A DNA stretch of 64,000 nt from Chloroflexota bacterium (GCA_964291655.2 OZ219802.1:320001-384000); one strand, 5' to 3'; shown: positions 47,420 to 57,588, counted from the stretch's first letter. Program-made: numbers and translations. Notes: generated from the letters alone by a model not told the origin.

Positions 47420-48187
47420 TCAAACGGGTACGCCGGCGAGCTCTTCGACGAGCTCGACATTCTCGTCAACCTCTGCCTTATTTTCCATGCCCAGCACAAC
47501 CGCGTCTACGCTGGGAAGATCGAGCACGTACCCAAGCGCCCGTCGCCGATCGTGCAGGAGCTTGCCTGCCCCGTAGACTTTCATGCCGTAGATGCCTTTG
47601 CCGCGCGCAGACATCTCGTCCATCACGGGAATCACCTCTTCGGGTGACGCATCCATGGACACGCCGTCATAGTTGATCCGGGCAAGCACAACTTCTACCC
47701 ACGGCGAAACGGCTGCGAGCTTGAAGGCTGCGAAGTCGTGGCAAGAGACGCCGACTGCCCGCACCATGCCTTGCTCCCGGCACTTGCTGAGCGCCTCCAT
47801 GGAGTCCTCATAGCGCGTCGTCCAGTCGTGCTCCGTAAGGCAGTGCAGCAGCACGATGTCAGCATAGTCGGTGCCCAACTCACGCAGAAAGCGCTCCACG
47901 TCGCTCCTAACCCCATCCGGAGTTCGCGACGTGGTCTTTGTCGTAACGACCACCTGATCGCGAGGCAGCACGCGCAAAGCCCCACGGACGTGGGGATGGG
48001 AACCGTATTGATCGGCCGTGTCCCAAAACCGGACGCCGGAGTCATAGGCATAGCAGAGGAGGTCTATCAACCCTTCCGAGCCAAGCTGCCGCGTCTGATT
48101 CGACGAACCATTCCAGCCTACCGTACCAGTGCCGATGCATAGCCGGGAGACTTCGATTCCGGAATTTCCGAGTACAACTTGCTGCAT
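47420..48187 (-). CDS. Aldo/keto reductase
   Basis: LGNSGIEVSRL, WDTADQYG, TTK, LGTDYADIVLLH, GVSCH, GMK. Confidence 0.92.
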   Translation of the reverse strand: MQQVVLGNSGIEVSRLCIGTGTVGWNGSSNQTRQLGSEGLIDLLCYAYDSGVRFWDTADQYGSHPHVRGALRVLPRDQVVVTTKTTSRTPDGVRSDVERFLRELGTDYADIVLLHCLTEHDWTTRYEDSMEALSKCREQGMVRAVGVSCHDFAAFKLAAVSPWVEVVLARINYDGVSMDASPEEVIPVMDEMSARGKGIYGMKVYGAGKLLHDRRRALGYVLDLPSVDAVVLGMENKAEVDENVELVEELAGVPV

Positions 48188-48264
48188 GATGGTCGACTCC
48201 TCTCTTAATGCGAATTCGCATCCATTCTACCACTCAATGCCTTTCGCTGCTTGACTGCCGGCGC

Positions 48265-49500
48265 CTACGGTACGACGTATGGCAGCGCCAATTGCACCAC
48301 AATGCCGAACGACGCCCCACCGACAATTAGCCAGATTGAGTTGATCTTTGTGCGCCACAGCAGCACGAGGGCGACGCCCGCAGCGGCGACGGTGGGAATG
48401 TCAATGAGTGCGGCCTGCCCGAGGAAAACTGCCACGGCGGCCATGAGTCCCATCGCCGCACTGACGACACCGTCGAGGACGGAGCTAAAGAACAACGACT
48501 CTCGCAGTCGCGGAATCCAGGGATTCACTGCCGCTACGAACAGAAATGACGGCAAAAATATGCCCACGGTAGCCAGTCCACCCGCCAACAATGCCCCTTG
48601 GATGGAGCCAAGATACTCAAGTCCAACGACATACCCAACAAAGGAGGCGGTCGTGAAGAGCGGGCCGGGCGTGAGCTGTCCTACAGCCACCGCGTCGAGC
48701 AACTGCTCCTCACTCAGCCAGCCGAGACCCTCGACAAAGTCACCATGTAGGAATGCCAGCAGCACGTAACCACTGCCATACAACACGGCGCCGATCTTGA
48801 GAAACGTGAGGAAGAGCTGGACGAGACCGAACGGCGCCGCAACCGGGGCGAGCACCAAGCTTGGGAAAGCCAGGAGAGGCTTAGCAAATGGCGAGGCCGC
48901 GCCGAGAGCCGCGAACGGTACCGCTAACTGACCGAATCTGCCTCTGATGCTCGGCAGTCTGCGCTGCGTTGACACAACAATTGCCGCCAGCACGCCGCAC
49001 CCAAAAAGCACGATAAGCTCATTAATGCCGAACAGCGCGAGTGCTCCCGCGGCCAGCCCAAGCGCCCCCAGCGGTATGTTGCGCCATGCCGTGCCTAAGA
49101 GACCAATCAACGCGTGGATGACGATCGCAATGACAACCGGCTTGACCCCATAGAGAATCCACGAAGCTTGCGGCAAGTGGCCGAATGTCGTGTAGCCCCA
49201 CGCCAGAGCGGTTACCATGGCCGCCGCCGGCAGGATGAATGCGATGCCGCCGCCAATGAGACCGCGCCAGCCTCCGCGAAGCGAAGAGATGTGGATCGCC
49301 ATCTCAGTGGAATTGGGTCCGGGGATGAGGTTCGTGGCCGCCCACAGGTCAACAAACTGTTGCTCCGTGAGCCACTTTTTGCGATCGACTAACTCGCGGT
49401 GCATCAGCGCCACATGCGCGGCCGGCCCGCCAAAGGCAACGCACCCGAGCACGAAGAAGTAGGATACTACCTCACGAAGACGTCTCTCTTTGCTCACCAA
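48265..49500 (-). CDS. chrA: Chromate efflux transporter (long-chain CHR)
   Basis: AFGGPAAH, IPGPNSTE, LYGSGYVL, QLTPGP. Confidence 0.93.
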   Translation of the reverse strand: MVSKERRLREVVSYFFVLGCVAFGGPAAHVALMHRELVDRKKWLTEQQFVDLWAATNLIPGPNSTEMAIHISSLRGGWRGLIGGGIAFILPAAAMVTALAWGYTTFGHLPQASWILYGVKPVVIAIVIHALIGLLGTAWRNIPLGALGLAAGALALFGINELIVLFGCGVLAAIVVSTQRRLPSIRGRFGQLAVPFAALGAASPFAKPLLAFPSLVLAPVAAPFGLVQLFLTFLKIGAVLYGSGYVLLAFLHGDFVEGLGWLSEEQLLDAVAVGQLTPGPLFTTASFVGYVVGLEYLGSIQGALLAGGLATVGIFLPSFLFVAAVNPWIPRLRESLFFSSVLDGVVSAAMGLMAAVAVFLGQAALIDIPTVAAAGVALVLLWRTKINSIWLIVGGASFGIVVQLALPYVVP

Positions 49501-49696
49501 ACGGCGCTACCTAACTTTTTATGTCAATTCTTCACGGGGTTGATTTCCGGCTGGGTAGATAGGACGATGGTGACAAACGGCCAGCCAGTCGTCAAGCAGA
49601 CTGAAGCTCACTATTGCGAACGGAGGCAGAAGGTGACAAGAGAGGCGCTCTCTAGTACTGTAGATGAGTGCATGCACTGTTTTCCGGGAGACTTGG

Positions 49697-50632
49697 ATGT
49701 CGCGATTTGTCCGAGTGGCTGTCTGTTCCACGCCACTCCGCGTACCTGACGGCTCTGACGCCGAAAAGCTCGCGTACAACCTCGAGACTGCAGAAGAACT
49801 CATCGTCCGCGCAGCAGAGCGTCAGGCTGATATTGCCTGCCTTCCCGAAGTCTTCCACGTGAAAGGCATCAGTAGGGCCGGCGAGGCCGGGAAGTGGTTT
49901 GAGGACGTGCCGGGTGGCCCAACCTTCAGCCGCATGTCCCAGATTGCTCAGCGGTACAACATCAACGTCGTGGCGCCCATCTTGGCCATCGAGGAGGGTG
50001 AACGCCGTAACTTAGCGATGGTCTTTGACCGAACAGGTGCATACGTCGGCGGCTACCAAAAAGTGCATCTCACAGAAGTTGAGAGTGACGAGTGGGGCAT
50101 CATACCGGGACGCGATTGGCCGGTATTCGATCTTGACTTCGGCAAGATTGGGATCACGATTTGCTATGACGTGAACTTCCCTGAGGGATTTCGCATTCTT
50201 GCCCTGCAGGGCGCCGAGATCATCTTTCATCCTACCGTCTACGGCATGTATGGCGAGGTCGGTTGGGAAGCGGTCATCAAGGCACGTGCAATAGACAACT
50301 GTGTGTACGTTTGTCCCGTAAACAACGGCATTGAAGATGACGCGCCCTGGATGCCCGGCATGTGCCTCAATCGGAGCAGTGTTATCGGCCCGGACGGCGT
50401 GTTTCTGGCGGATTTGGGTCGCTATTGGGGCATGGCGGTCGCCGAGATTGACTTGGACCGACCACGCATTGTTCGGAGCATGGGGGCGTCCGGTGAAGCA
50501 AATTTCCGGGAGAAGATGTGGGAACACCGTCGGCCCGAGACATACGGAAAACTCTCAGAACACGGCCATTGGGTAGAGAACGGTTACCCGCGCGAGACAG
50601 CCGCTGTTGTCCAAGCAACGGATAAGGAGTAG
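49697..50632 (+). CDS. Carbon-nitrogen hydrolase (nitrilase superfamily)
   Basis: E-K-C triad: LPEV, YQKVHL, ICYD; ARAIDN. Confidence 0.92.
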   Translation: MSRFVRVAVCSTPLRVPDGSDAEKLAYNLETAEELIVRAAERQADIACLPEVFHVKGISRAGEAGKWFEDVPGGPTFSRMSQIAQRYNINVVAPILAIEEGERRNLAMVFDRTGAYVGGYQKVHLTEVESDEWGIIPGRDWPVFDLDFGKIGITICYDVNFPEGFRILALQGAEIIFHPTVYGMYGEVGWEAVIKARAIDNCVYVCPVNNGIEDDAPWMPGMCLNRSSVIGPDGVFLADLGRYWGMAVAEIDLDRPRIVRSMGASGEANFREKMWEHRRPETYGKLSEHGHWVENGYPRETAAVVQATDKE

Positions 50633-50638
50633 TCGGTC

Positions 50639-51928
50639 ATGGCACAACAAACTGCAGTACGCTTTACTGAATCCCTGGACCTCTTTGCCCGCGCCCAGGA
50701 CGTAATTGCCGGAGGCTCTCAGACGTCAAGCAAGCGACCGGGCGCATATGCCTTTGGCTCCTATCCAATTTACGCATCGCGCGCTCGCGGCTCCCACATT
50801 TGGGACGTTGACGGCAACGAATACATTGACTTCGTGAATGGGCTCGGCCCCATTGTTCTGGGTTACTGCTACCCGGAAGTAGACGCCGCCATCGCCGAGC
50901 AACTCAACAAAGGCATCATCTACGGATTGCTGTCGCCACTGGAAGTGGCAGTAGCTGATAGCCTTATCGATGCCGTTCCTGCCGCGGAGGCAGTCCGCTT
51001 TCTCAAAGGCGGCGCCGAGGCGAACAACGCTGCTGCACGGATCGCCCGCGCGCACACCAAGCGCGAGATCATCCTCAACAGCGGCTATCGCGGCTGGTCG
51101 GACGGTTGGAATGCCGATCGCAATGATGGCGGTATTCCAGTCGCGCTGGAGCCGTACGTGAAGTCATTCCGCTACAACGATCTCAACCACCTCGCGGATC
51201 TCTTTCTGGCCTACGATAACAAGGTTGCGGCAGTTGTCTTGGATGCAGCTTCCCTTGGCAAAGAGCCTGAACCCGGGTATCTGCAGGGGCTGAACGACCT
51301 GGCCCACAGCAACGGCGCACTCGTCATCTATGATGAAATCGTGACCGGTTTTCGCCTTGCCATGGGCGGAGCGCAAGAGTACTTTGGCGTAACGCCGGAT
51401 CTGGCTACTTTCGCGAAAGCCATGGCGAACGGCATGCCGCTCGCTGCTGTGGTCGGCAGCAGAGAGGTAATGCAAACGGCGGCGGACTGCATGATTAGCA
51501 TTACCTACGGCGGCGAAGCGCTGTCACTCGCCGGGGCGATGGCGACAATGAATGTCATGCGTGAAAAGAATGTGCACGAGCATCTCTACCGGACCGGCGA
51601 GCTGCTGCGGGACGGCATAAACGAAGCAGCACGACGCGCCGGCGTGGCCCTGGAAGCCTACGGTCTGGCCCCTATCGGCGGCGAGAGATTTCTCGACGCC
51701 AAAGACGCTGAAGAAGATGCCCTTATGTGGCATTTCCTCCTCGCCGGTTGCGCCCAACGCGGCTTACTCATTCGTCGCGGCGGTGTGAACTTCATAACTT
51801 ATTCTCACACGGAAGACGACGTTGCGCAGTCAGTTGCCGCAGTAGAGGATACCTTGCACGAGCTGCGCCGCGCGCGCGAAGGCGGTTCTCTGGCACGCGT
51901 CGCAAGCGAAGCCGCTGCCACAACTTGA
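50639..51928 (+). CDS. Class III PLP aminotransferase (GSA aminomutase-like)
   Basis: WDVDGNEYID, DEIVTGFR, PDLATFAK, NGMPL, TYGG. Confidence 0.9.
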   Translation: MAQQTAVRFTESLDLFARAQDVIAGGSQTSSKRPGAYAFGSYPIYASRARGSHIWDVDGNEYIDFVNGLGPIVLGYCYPEVDAAIAEQLNKGIIYGLLSPLEVAVADSLIDAVPAAEAVRFLKGGAEANNAAARIARAHTKREIILNSGYRGWSDGWNADRNDGGIPVALEPYVKSFRYNDLNHLADLFLAYDNKVAAVVLDAASLGKEPEPGYLQGLNDLAHSNGALVIYDEIVTGFRLAMGGAQEYFGVTPDLATFAKAMANGMPLAAVVGSREVMQTAADCMISITYGGEALSLAGAMATMNVMREKNVHEHLYRTGELLRDGINEAARRAGVALEAYGLAPIGGERFLDAKDAEEDALMWHFLLAGCAQRGLLIRRGGVNFITYSHTEDDVAQSVAAVEDTLHELRRAREGGSLARVASEAAATT

Positions 51929-51969
51929 ATGATCCCAACACAGTCAACGCTCAACCTGATTGAATAAAC

Positions 51970-52779
51970 ATGCTCATACCCTCAGTCATCACCATCCACA
52001 TGGATCCCGTATTGGTCCAGCTTGGACCGATTGCGCTCCGCTGGTACGGCTTGATGTACGTGCTGGGGATCATGGCAGGTGTCTGGATCATTCGCAAGTA
52101 CGCCAACCAATGCGGTATCAATGACGATCAGATCAATACGCTCTTCTGGCCGGCGGCTATAGCAGGATTTCTGGGTGGGCGAATCTACTATGTCATCCAG
52201 CAACCCCTCGGCCCGTATTTGCAGCAACCTTGGCGCATTCTTGCCACCTGGGAAGGCGGCATGGCGTTTTATGGCTGCATCTTTGGTGTGGTGCTTGCGC
52301 TGTTGATTACGTGCTGGCGGACCAAAATCTCACACTGGCGCGTACTCGATGCTGCCGCGCTGCTGGCGCTTCCCGCGCAAGGAATCGGCCGCATCGGCAA
52401 CATCGTCAACGGTGATGTGATCGGCTATCCGGCGGAATTACCTTGGGCCGTTCAATACACGCATCCAGCAACGTTTGCCCCTAGTACTTCAGTTACTTAC
52501 CATCCTGCAGCCATCTATGAATTGCTGGGCAATGTGCTAATCTTCGCTATTCTCTGGCCGCTGCGACATCGTCTCCGCACGCCCGGGATGGTATTTGCCC
52601 TCTATCTGGTAGGATATTCCATCGCTCAGATCATCATTTTCATTTGGCGGCTGAATGAGATCGTCATTTGGGAACTGAAACAAGCACAAGTAACCGGCAT
52701 CATCGTCGCCGCCGCCGGCATCTTGCTGGCAGTTTGGCTACGTCAGGAAAGTCGGAATAGAGACGAGCAAACAGCTTAA
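51970..52779 (+). CDS. lgt: Prolipoprotein diacylglyceryl transferase (divergent)
   Basis: RWYGLMY, GGRIYYV, WEGGM, QGIGRIGNIVNG, HP..IYE; about 7 TM. Confidence 0.9.
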   Translation: MLIPSVITIHMDPVLVQLGPIALRWYGLMYVLGIMAGVWIIRKYANQCGINDDQINTLFWPAAIAGFLGGRIYYVIQQPLGPYLQQPWRILATWEGGMAFYGCIFGVVLALLITCWRTKISHWRVLDAAALLALPAQGIGRIGNIVNGDVIGYPAELPWAVQYTHPATFAPSTSVTYHPAAIYELLGNVLIFAILWPLRHRLRTPGMVFALYLVGYSIAQIIIFIWRLNEIVIWELKQAQVTGIIVAAAGILLAVWLRQESRNRDEQTA

Positions 52780-52817
52780 TTCTGGCCTGCGGCCAGGGAG
52801 GAGCCACAGACGCAGAC

Positions 52818-54362
52818 ATGTCGAGAACTTCACGCACTCTTCTTATCCTCATTGTCTTTGTGGGCGGCATATCAAGTTTAGGGACGGAGATTGCTTTGTC
52901 CCGGCTCATCGCCCCGTTCTTCGGCACATCGCTCTTCGTTTGGGCAAACGTCATCGGGTTTACGCTTCTTTACCTGACATTAGGCTACTACCTCGGCGGC
53001 CGTTTGGCCGACCGCTATCCTCGCGAGGAAGTGCTTTACCAATTGACTGCGGTGGCAGCGGTACTGATTGGTGTGCTGCCGTTTGTCTCCCGCCCCATCC
53101 TGCAATACTCCCAGGTTGCATTCGCCACGTATTCTCTCGGCGTCTTTTGGGGTTCACTCTTAGTAGTGTTGCTCCTGCTGGCGGTTCCCATTACGTTGCT
53201 CGGTTGTGTTTCGCCCTTTGCGATCCGGTTGTCCTTGGAAGATGGCGACGTGCGGCAATCAGGCAGCGTGGCCGGCCAGCTCTATGCAATCTCGACCGTC
53301 GGCAGTTTGCTCGGCGCATTCTTGCCCACGCTCGTGCTGGTCCCAAACATCGGCACGCGCAACACGTTTCTGGCGTTTGCCTTCACGCTGCTCATCCTCT
53401 CAATCGTCGCCTTAGGTAGAAGGAGACTCTATCCGCTTATCTTCGTGCTCGTGCTTGTTGGGCTGGCAATTGTGCCTCAAGTGACAATTAAGCCTGCGGA
53501 CGAAGGGGTTGTAATAGAAGAAACTGAATCGGCATACAACTACATTCGCGTAATCGAGCTTGCAGACACCACGCGCTTGCTCGAGCTGAATGAAGGGCAA
53601 GCGACGCACTCGATTTATCATCCTGAACGGCTGCTCACGGGCGGACCGTGGGACTACTACTTGGTCGCGCCGTACTTCGCACCCAACGTCGCACCCGCCG
53701 ACCTGCAGCACGTTCTCATGATTGGGCTTGGCGCGGGCACAGTGCCCAAGCAAATTACGCAGATTTACGGGCCGATTAAGATCGTCGGCGTTGAGATCGA
53801 TCCCGAAATCGTGGAGATCGGGCGCAAGTTCTTTGACATGACGGAACCAAACCTCGAAGTGGTGGCGCAGGACGGCCGCTACTTTCTCATGACGGACGAC
53901 CGCAAATATGACCTGATCGGCACCGATGCCTACCAGCAGCCGTACATCCCGTTTCAAATGACTACGAAAGAGTACTTCGAACATGTGCGGGACCGGCTGA
54001 CTCCGAACGGTGTCGCCGTTATCAATGTCGGGCGTACGTCGACTGACTTTCGTTTGGTGCACACAATTGCCGGCACGATGAAGGCAGTCTTCCCAAACGT
54101 CTATATAATCGACATTCCGGGGACAATCAACAGTATTGTAGTTGCCACGAATCAGGCAAGCTCGCCGCAAGACTACCTGGAAAACATACAGCCACTTCTT
54201 GTCAGCCAGGACGTGGACGACCGGCTGCGCATTGTACTCTCCGTGGCATCCGAGCACTACCGGGAACTCACGACGGTAGATACCCAGACCTTCACCGACG
54301 ATTTGGCTCCGGTTGAGCAATTGATCCACACCATGATCCTCGACGTTGCGCAGGGTGAGTAG
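52818..54362 (+). CDS. Fused membrane domain / spermidine-synthase-like SAM-fold transferase
   Basis: About 7 TM N-terminal (LGYYLGGRLAD, LYAISTVGS), then IGLGAG, VEIDP, DGR, DAY, TDD. Confidence 0.88.
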   Translation: MSRTSRTLLILIVFVGGISSLGTEIALSRLIAPFFGTSLFVWANVIGFTLLYLTLGYYLGGRLADRYPREEVLYQLTAVAAVLIGVLPFVSRPILQYSQVAFATYSLGVFWGSLLVVLLLLAVPITLLGCVSPFAIRLSLEDGDVRQSGSVAGQLYAISTVGSLLGAFLPTLVLVPNIGTRNTFLAFAFTLLILSIVALGRRRLYPLIFVLVLVGLAIVPQVTIKPADEGVVIEETESAYNYIRVIELADTTRLLELNEGQATHSIYHPERLLTGGPWDYYLVAPYFAPNVAPADLQHVLMIGLGAGTVPKQITQIYGPIKIVGVEIDPEIVEIGRKFFDMTEPNLEVVAQDGRYFLMTDDRKYDLIGTDAYQQPYIPFQMTTKEYFEHVRDRLTPNGVAVINVGRTSTDFRLVHTIAGTMKAVFPNVYIIDIPGTINSIVVATNQASSPQDYLENIQPLLVSQDVDDRLRIVLSVASEHYRELTTVDTQTFTDDLAPVEQLIHTMILDVAQGE

Positions 54363-54436
54363 ACTAACGGCTTAGCGCGCATCAGTTCTCTATGCGGCCA
54401 AGCAGAATCAAGTTTTCCCGCCGTGCCACTGAATCA

Positions 54437-54474
54437 AAGAAGCCAGCTGACAAATGCGAGTCAGCTGGCTTCTT
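54437..54474. terminator. Bidirectional terminator between convergent genes
   Basis: 15-bp perfect stem AAGAAGCCAGCTGAC / GTCAGCTGGCTTCTT. Confidence 0.8.
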
Positions 54475-54506
54475 CCTATTCGGTGCATCTCTTGCGAGAA
54501 GCTTAC

Positions 54507-54845
54507 CTAAGAAGCAGTCTGCAAGAGGTCGGCTTCGATAGCCTTGAGCAATTGCGCTTTGGGGCGGAACCCCACGACTCTCCCAACCTCTTGGCCGCCG
54601 CTGAAGAAGATGAGAGTCGGTATTCCTTGAACACCTAGCCGCGTTGGCGTTTCCAAATTATCGTCCGTGTTGACCTTGGCAAAGACTACCTTGCCTTCAA
54701 GCTCATTTGCCAACTCTTTGACGATCGGTTCTACCATTTTGCAGGGACCGCACCAGGATGCCCAAAAGTCTACGACAACAGGCAGAGCGGACTCTGTAAC
54801 GTCACTTGTAAAGCTATCATCCGTCACGGTAATTGGCTCAGCCAT
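54507..54845 (-). CDS. trxA: Thioredoxin
   Basis: VDFWASWCGPCK, GIPTL. Confidence 0.97.
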   Translation of the reverse strand: MAEPITVTDDSFTSDVTESALPVVVDFWASWCGPCKMVEPIVKELANELEGKVVFAKVNTDDNLETPTRLGVQGIPTLIFFSGGQEVGRVVGFRPKAQLLKAIEADLLQTAS

Positions 54846-55143
54846 TGCTTCCTCTTTCTTGTCTCGTCTAGGACCGCAGTCGCTTTTCCACTAGTTTCAC
54901 TATGACAGAGACCCTAGCGAATTTCAACCTGTTTATGTTCGCACCGAGCATGTTCTCCGGTACCAAATGTGTGCCCGGTTGAAGACGTTGGACATGCAGA
55001 GTGCAAATCGCATCCACGGTTGCCTGTGAGCTAAATTGTCTCGCTCCATTCACCCCGCACGTAGCAGGAGGTGGCCGTTCGTCAGGCAACATAGTACACG
55101 CACTTTCGCTACGACGACGAAAAAGATTCAGCTTGACGTTTGC

Positions 55144-55172
55144 TTGCCCCTACACAGCAGATTTGGTAGCAT
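55144..55172 (+). promoter_or_regulatory. Putative dnaA promoter
   Basis: TTGCCC-17 nt-TAGCAT with extended -10 TG. Confidence 0.45.
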
Positions 55173-55214
55173 GGTGACCTAGAAATATAACCCCCTTTCC
55201 TCTCGCCTAGCTCA

Positions 55215-56603
55215 ATGTCTACCTTAGACTTACGAACCCTTTGGCAAACTGTTCTCGGGGAACTTGAACTCGAAGTGCCCCGCGGCCAGTTCACTGCCTG
55301 GCTCCGAAATACGCATCTCATCGATGCCAATAACTCTCCAGTTAGAGTTGGTGTGCCGCATACCTTTGCCAAAGAGGTGGTAGAGCGGAATTACCACGCT
55401 CTGGTGCAGCAGATACTGGCACGCCTTTGCAACCGGGAGGTCACGGTCGTGTACGAGGTATCCTCATCCGTACCGGAGGCCTTGGGTCAAGACACTCCTG
55501 CAGCCAGTGTGAAGTCTGCTACGCCAGACTCCCAGGAATTAGAGCAGACACAACTGCGGCGAGGTAGCGGCACACAAAGCATGGTGAACGAGAGATTCAC
55601 GTTTGACCGCTTTGTTATCGGCGCGGGGAATCGATTGGCCGCCGCCGGGGCACAGGCCGTGGCGGAACGTCCGGCGGAGGCATACAATCCGCTCTTCCTC
55701 TACGGTGGCGCAGGTCTGGGGAAGACCCACCTGCTCCATGCTATTAGCAATTATGTAATGCACTCGCAGACTGAGCGCCACATCGTCTACGTCACGTGCG
55801 AGACCTTTACGAACGAGTTCATCCGGGCGATTCAATACAAACGCATCGATGAATTTCGCGACCGCTACCGCAGCGCCGACATTATCCTGATTGACGACGT
55901 ACAATTCCTCGCCGGCAAAGAGCAGACCCAAGAAGAATTCTTCCATACATTCAACGCTTACCATGAATTCGGCAAGCAGATTGTGCTTTCGAGCGATAGG
56001 CCGCCAAAGAGCATCGAGACTCTTACCGAACGCTTGCGGAGCCGCTTTGTGTGGGGTCTCATTGCCGACATCCAGCCCCCAGACCTGGAAACCCGCATTG
56101 CAATCCTCAGCGAGAGAGCCGAGGAAGAACATGTGAAAGTCTCGGATGATGTCCTTGAGTTCTTAGCCAACCACCTCGTGAGCAACGTCAGAGAGTTGGA
56201 GGGCTCGCTAACCCGCCTCTTGGCGTTTGCGAAGTTAAACAGACAAGAGCCAACGCGGGACTTAGCGATGGAAGTCCTGGACGGTCTACTCTTCAATGTC
56301 CGGAAAGACGCCTTTTCACCTGAACAGATCCTCGATGCCGTTGCGACGCACTATCGAGTACCGGTGACGGACCTTATCGGTCCCAAGCGCGACAAGACGA
56401 TTGTCCGTCCACGCCAGATTGCTATGTATATAATGCGGGAAGAAACCAAGCTTTCGTTGCCGGAAGTCGGCAGAGTACTTGGCGGCCGGGATCACACCAC
56501 CGTGATGTACGGCTGCGACAAAATTGGCAAAGAACTCGAACAGAGCACTGAACTGGAGCAAGAGATTGCGAGCGTGTGGCATATCTTGCGGCCCGCTCGG
56601 TAG
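55215..56603 (+). CDS. dnaA: Chromosomal replication initiator DnaA
   Basis: YNPLFLYGGAGLGKTHL, IDDVQF, QEEFFHTFN, RLRSRF, NVRELEG, RQIAMY, GGRDHTTV. Confidence 0.99.
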   Translation: MSTLDLRTLWQTVLGELELEVPRGQFTAWLRNTHLIDANNSPVRVGVPHTFAKEVVERNYHALVQQILARLCNREVTVVYEVSSSVPEALGQDTPAASVKSATPDSQELEQTQLRRGSGTQSMVNERFTFDRFVIGAGNRLAAAGAQAVAERPAEAYNPLFLYGGAGLGKTHLLHAISNYVMHSQTERHIVYVTCETFTNEFIRAIQYKRIDEFRDRYRSADIILIDDVQFLAGKEQTQEEFFHTFNAYHEFGKQIVLSSDRPPKSIETLTERLRSRFVWGLIADIQPPDLETRIAILSERAEEEHVKVSDDVLEFLANHLVSNVRELEGSLTRLLAFAKLNRQEPTRDLAMEVLDGLLFNVRKDAFSPEQILDAVATHYRVPVTDLIGPKRDKTIVRPRQIAMYIMREETKLSLPEVGRVLGGRDHTTVMYGCDKIGKELEQSTELEQEIASVWHILRPAR

Positions 56604-56964
56604 AATGCTGCTGTGCCGGCAAGACCGACTACTGCCGGTTCCATTCCTGAAGCAATGACACGACCAGGTTGTCCTCAATGGCGCGACTTCTCAGCAGCTA
56701 TTCTTCCTAGCCAGGCAACCGGACCCTGCCCGAGACTGTCCCCGTCCTCTCCTACATGTCGCCGCCCCCGAAAGCCAGTGCGATGCAATTCCTCCACCCG
56801 GGCAGTCTGCCGTTGTCACGGCGGCCCGCCTTCATCGATCCACGGTGCCACGATAGCAGCCCTGGAAAAGTCAGATCTCACTTGCAAAGACCTAAGGCGA
56901 ATCTAGATCCAAGCTATCGGCCCTCCGCATCAGGCTCCATCAATCCGCAAGGCGAGGCACGTCT

Positions 56965-57588
56965 TTGAACCCCAAACCCCCACTCCTGGTTCTTGCGACC
57001 GGGAACTCCAATAAGGTTGTTGAACTCCGGCACCTCCTGCAGGACGTTCTCATAGCCCCTGTAACCGCCACCGGCCTGGGACTAGCATTGCCTGCGGAGG
57101 AACCGTACGCAACCTTTCGGGAAAACGCAGCGCACAAAGCGCTGTTTGTCGCGCGGCAGACTGACCTCTTCGTGCTGGGTGAGGATTCAGGGCTCGAAGT
57201 TGACGCGCTTGATGGAAGACCCGGTGTACACTCAAAGCGCTACAGCGGCCCCGAAGGAGATGCAGAAGCCAACAACGACAAGTTGCTGGCTGAACTCAAG
57301 AACGTACCTTGGCAACTACGTAAGGCCCGCTTTCGGTGTGTCCTGGCGTTGGCATCTGCCGATAAGGTACTGTTTACTGCGACCGGGGAGTGTGCAGGGA
57401 TAATCGCGAACGAGCCCCGCGGCAGCGGGGGCTTTGGCTACGACCCACTCTTTTTCCTGCCGGAACGGAACCGGACCATGGCCGAACTCTCGGCCGACGA
57501 AAAGAATCGGATCAGCCACCGTTCCCGCGCCCTTGTGAAAGCACGGGCATTCATACGACAATATGCTGTAGAAGCCGAGGCGCCGTGA
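56965..57588 (+). CDS. rdgB: Non-canonical purine NTP pyrophosphatase (RdgB/HAM1)
   Basis: ATGN..K, ENA..KA, EDSGL, PGVHSKR, GFGYDPLF, KNRISHR. Confidence 0.95.
   Translation: MNPKPPLLVLATGNSNKVVELRHLLQDVLIAPVTATGLGLALPAEEPYATFRENAAHKALFVARQTDLFVLGEDSGLEVDALDGRPGVHSKRYSGPEGDAEANNDKLLAELKNVPWQLRKARFRCVLALASADKVLFTATGECAGIIANEPRGSGGFGYDPLFFLPERNRTMAELSADEKNRISHRSRALVKARAFIRQYAVEAEAP

Noticed and set aside
49697-50632. Apolipoprotein N-acyltransferase (Lnt) because of proximity to lgt
   Set aside because: Soluble protein with no TM domain; ICYD rather than Lnt-type ICYE
50639-51928. hemL assignment
   Set aside because: Lacks the GGVNSPVR N-terminal signature (has GGSQTSSKR) and no hem genes are nearby
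53412-54329. 305-aa antisense ORF and similar long shadow ORFs (e.g. 8866-9534, 18384-19001, 60333-60989)
   Set aside because: They lie opposite well-supported genes and have no motifs; such ORFs are expected from codon bias in GC-rich DNA
54868-55092. rpmH or another small gene divergent from dnaA
   Set aside because: Translation does not resemble L34, and there is no SD or recognisable motif
56613-56968. Small ORFs downstream of dnaA
   Set aside because: Pro/Ser/Arg-rich translations without SD or motifs; likely non-coding
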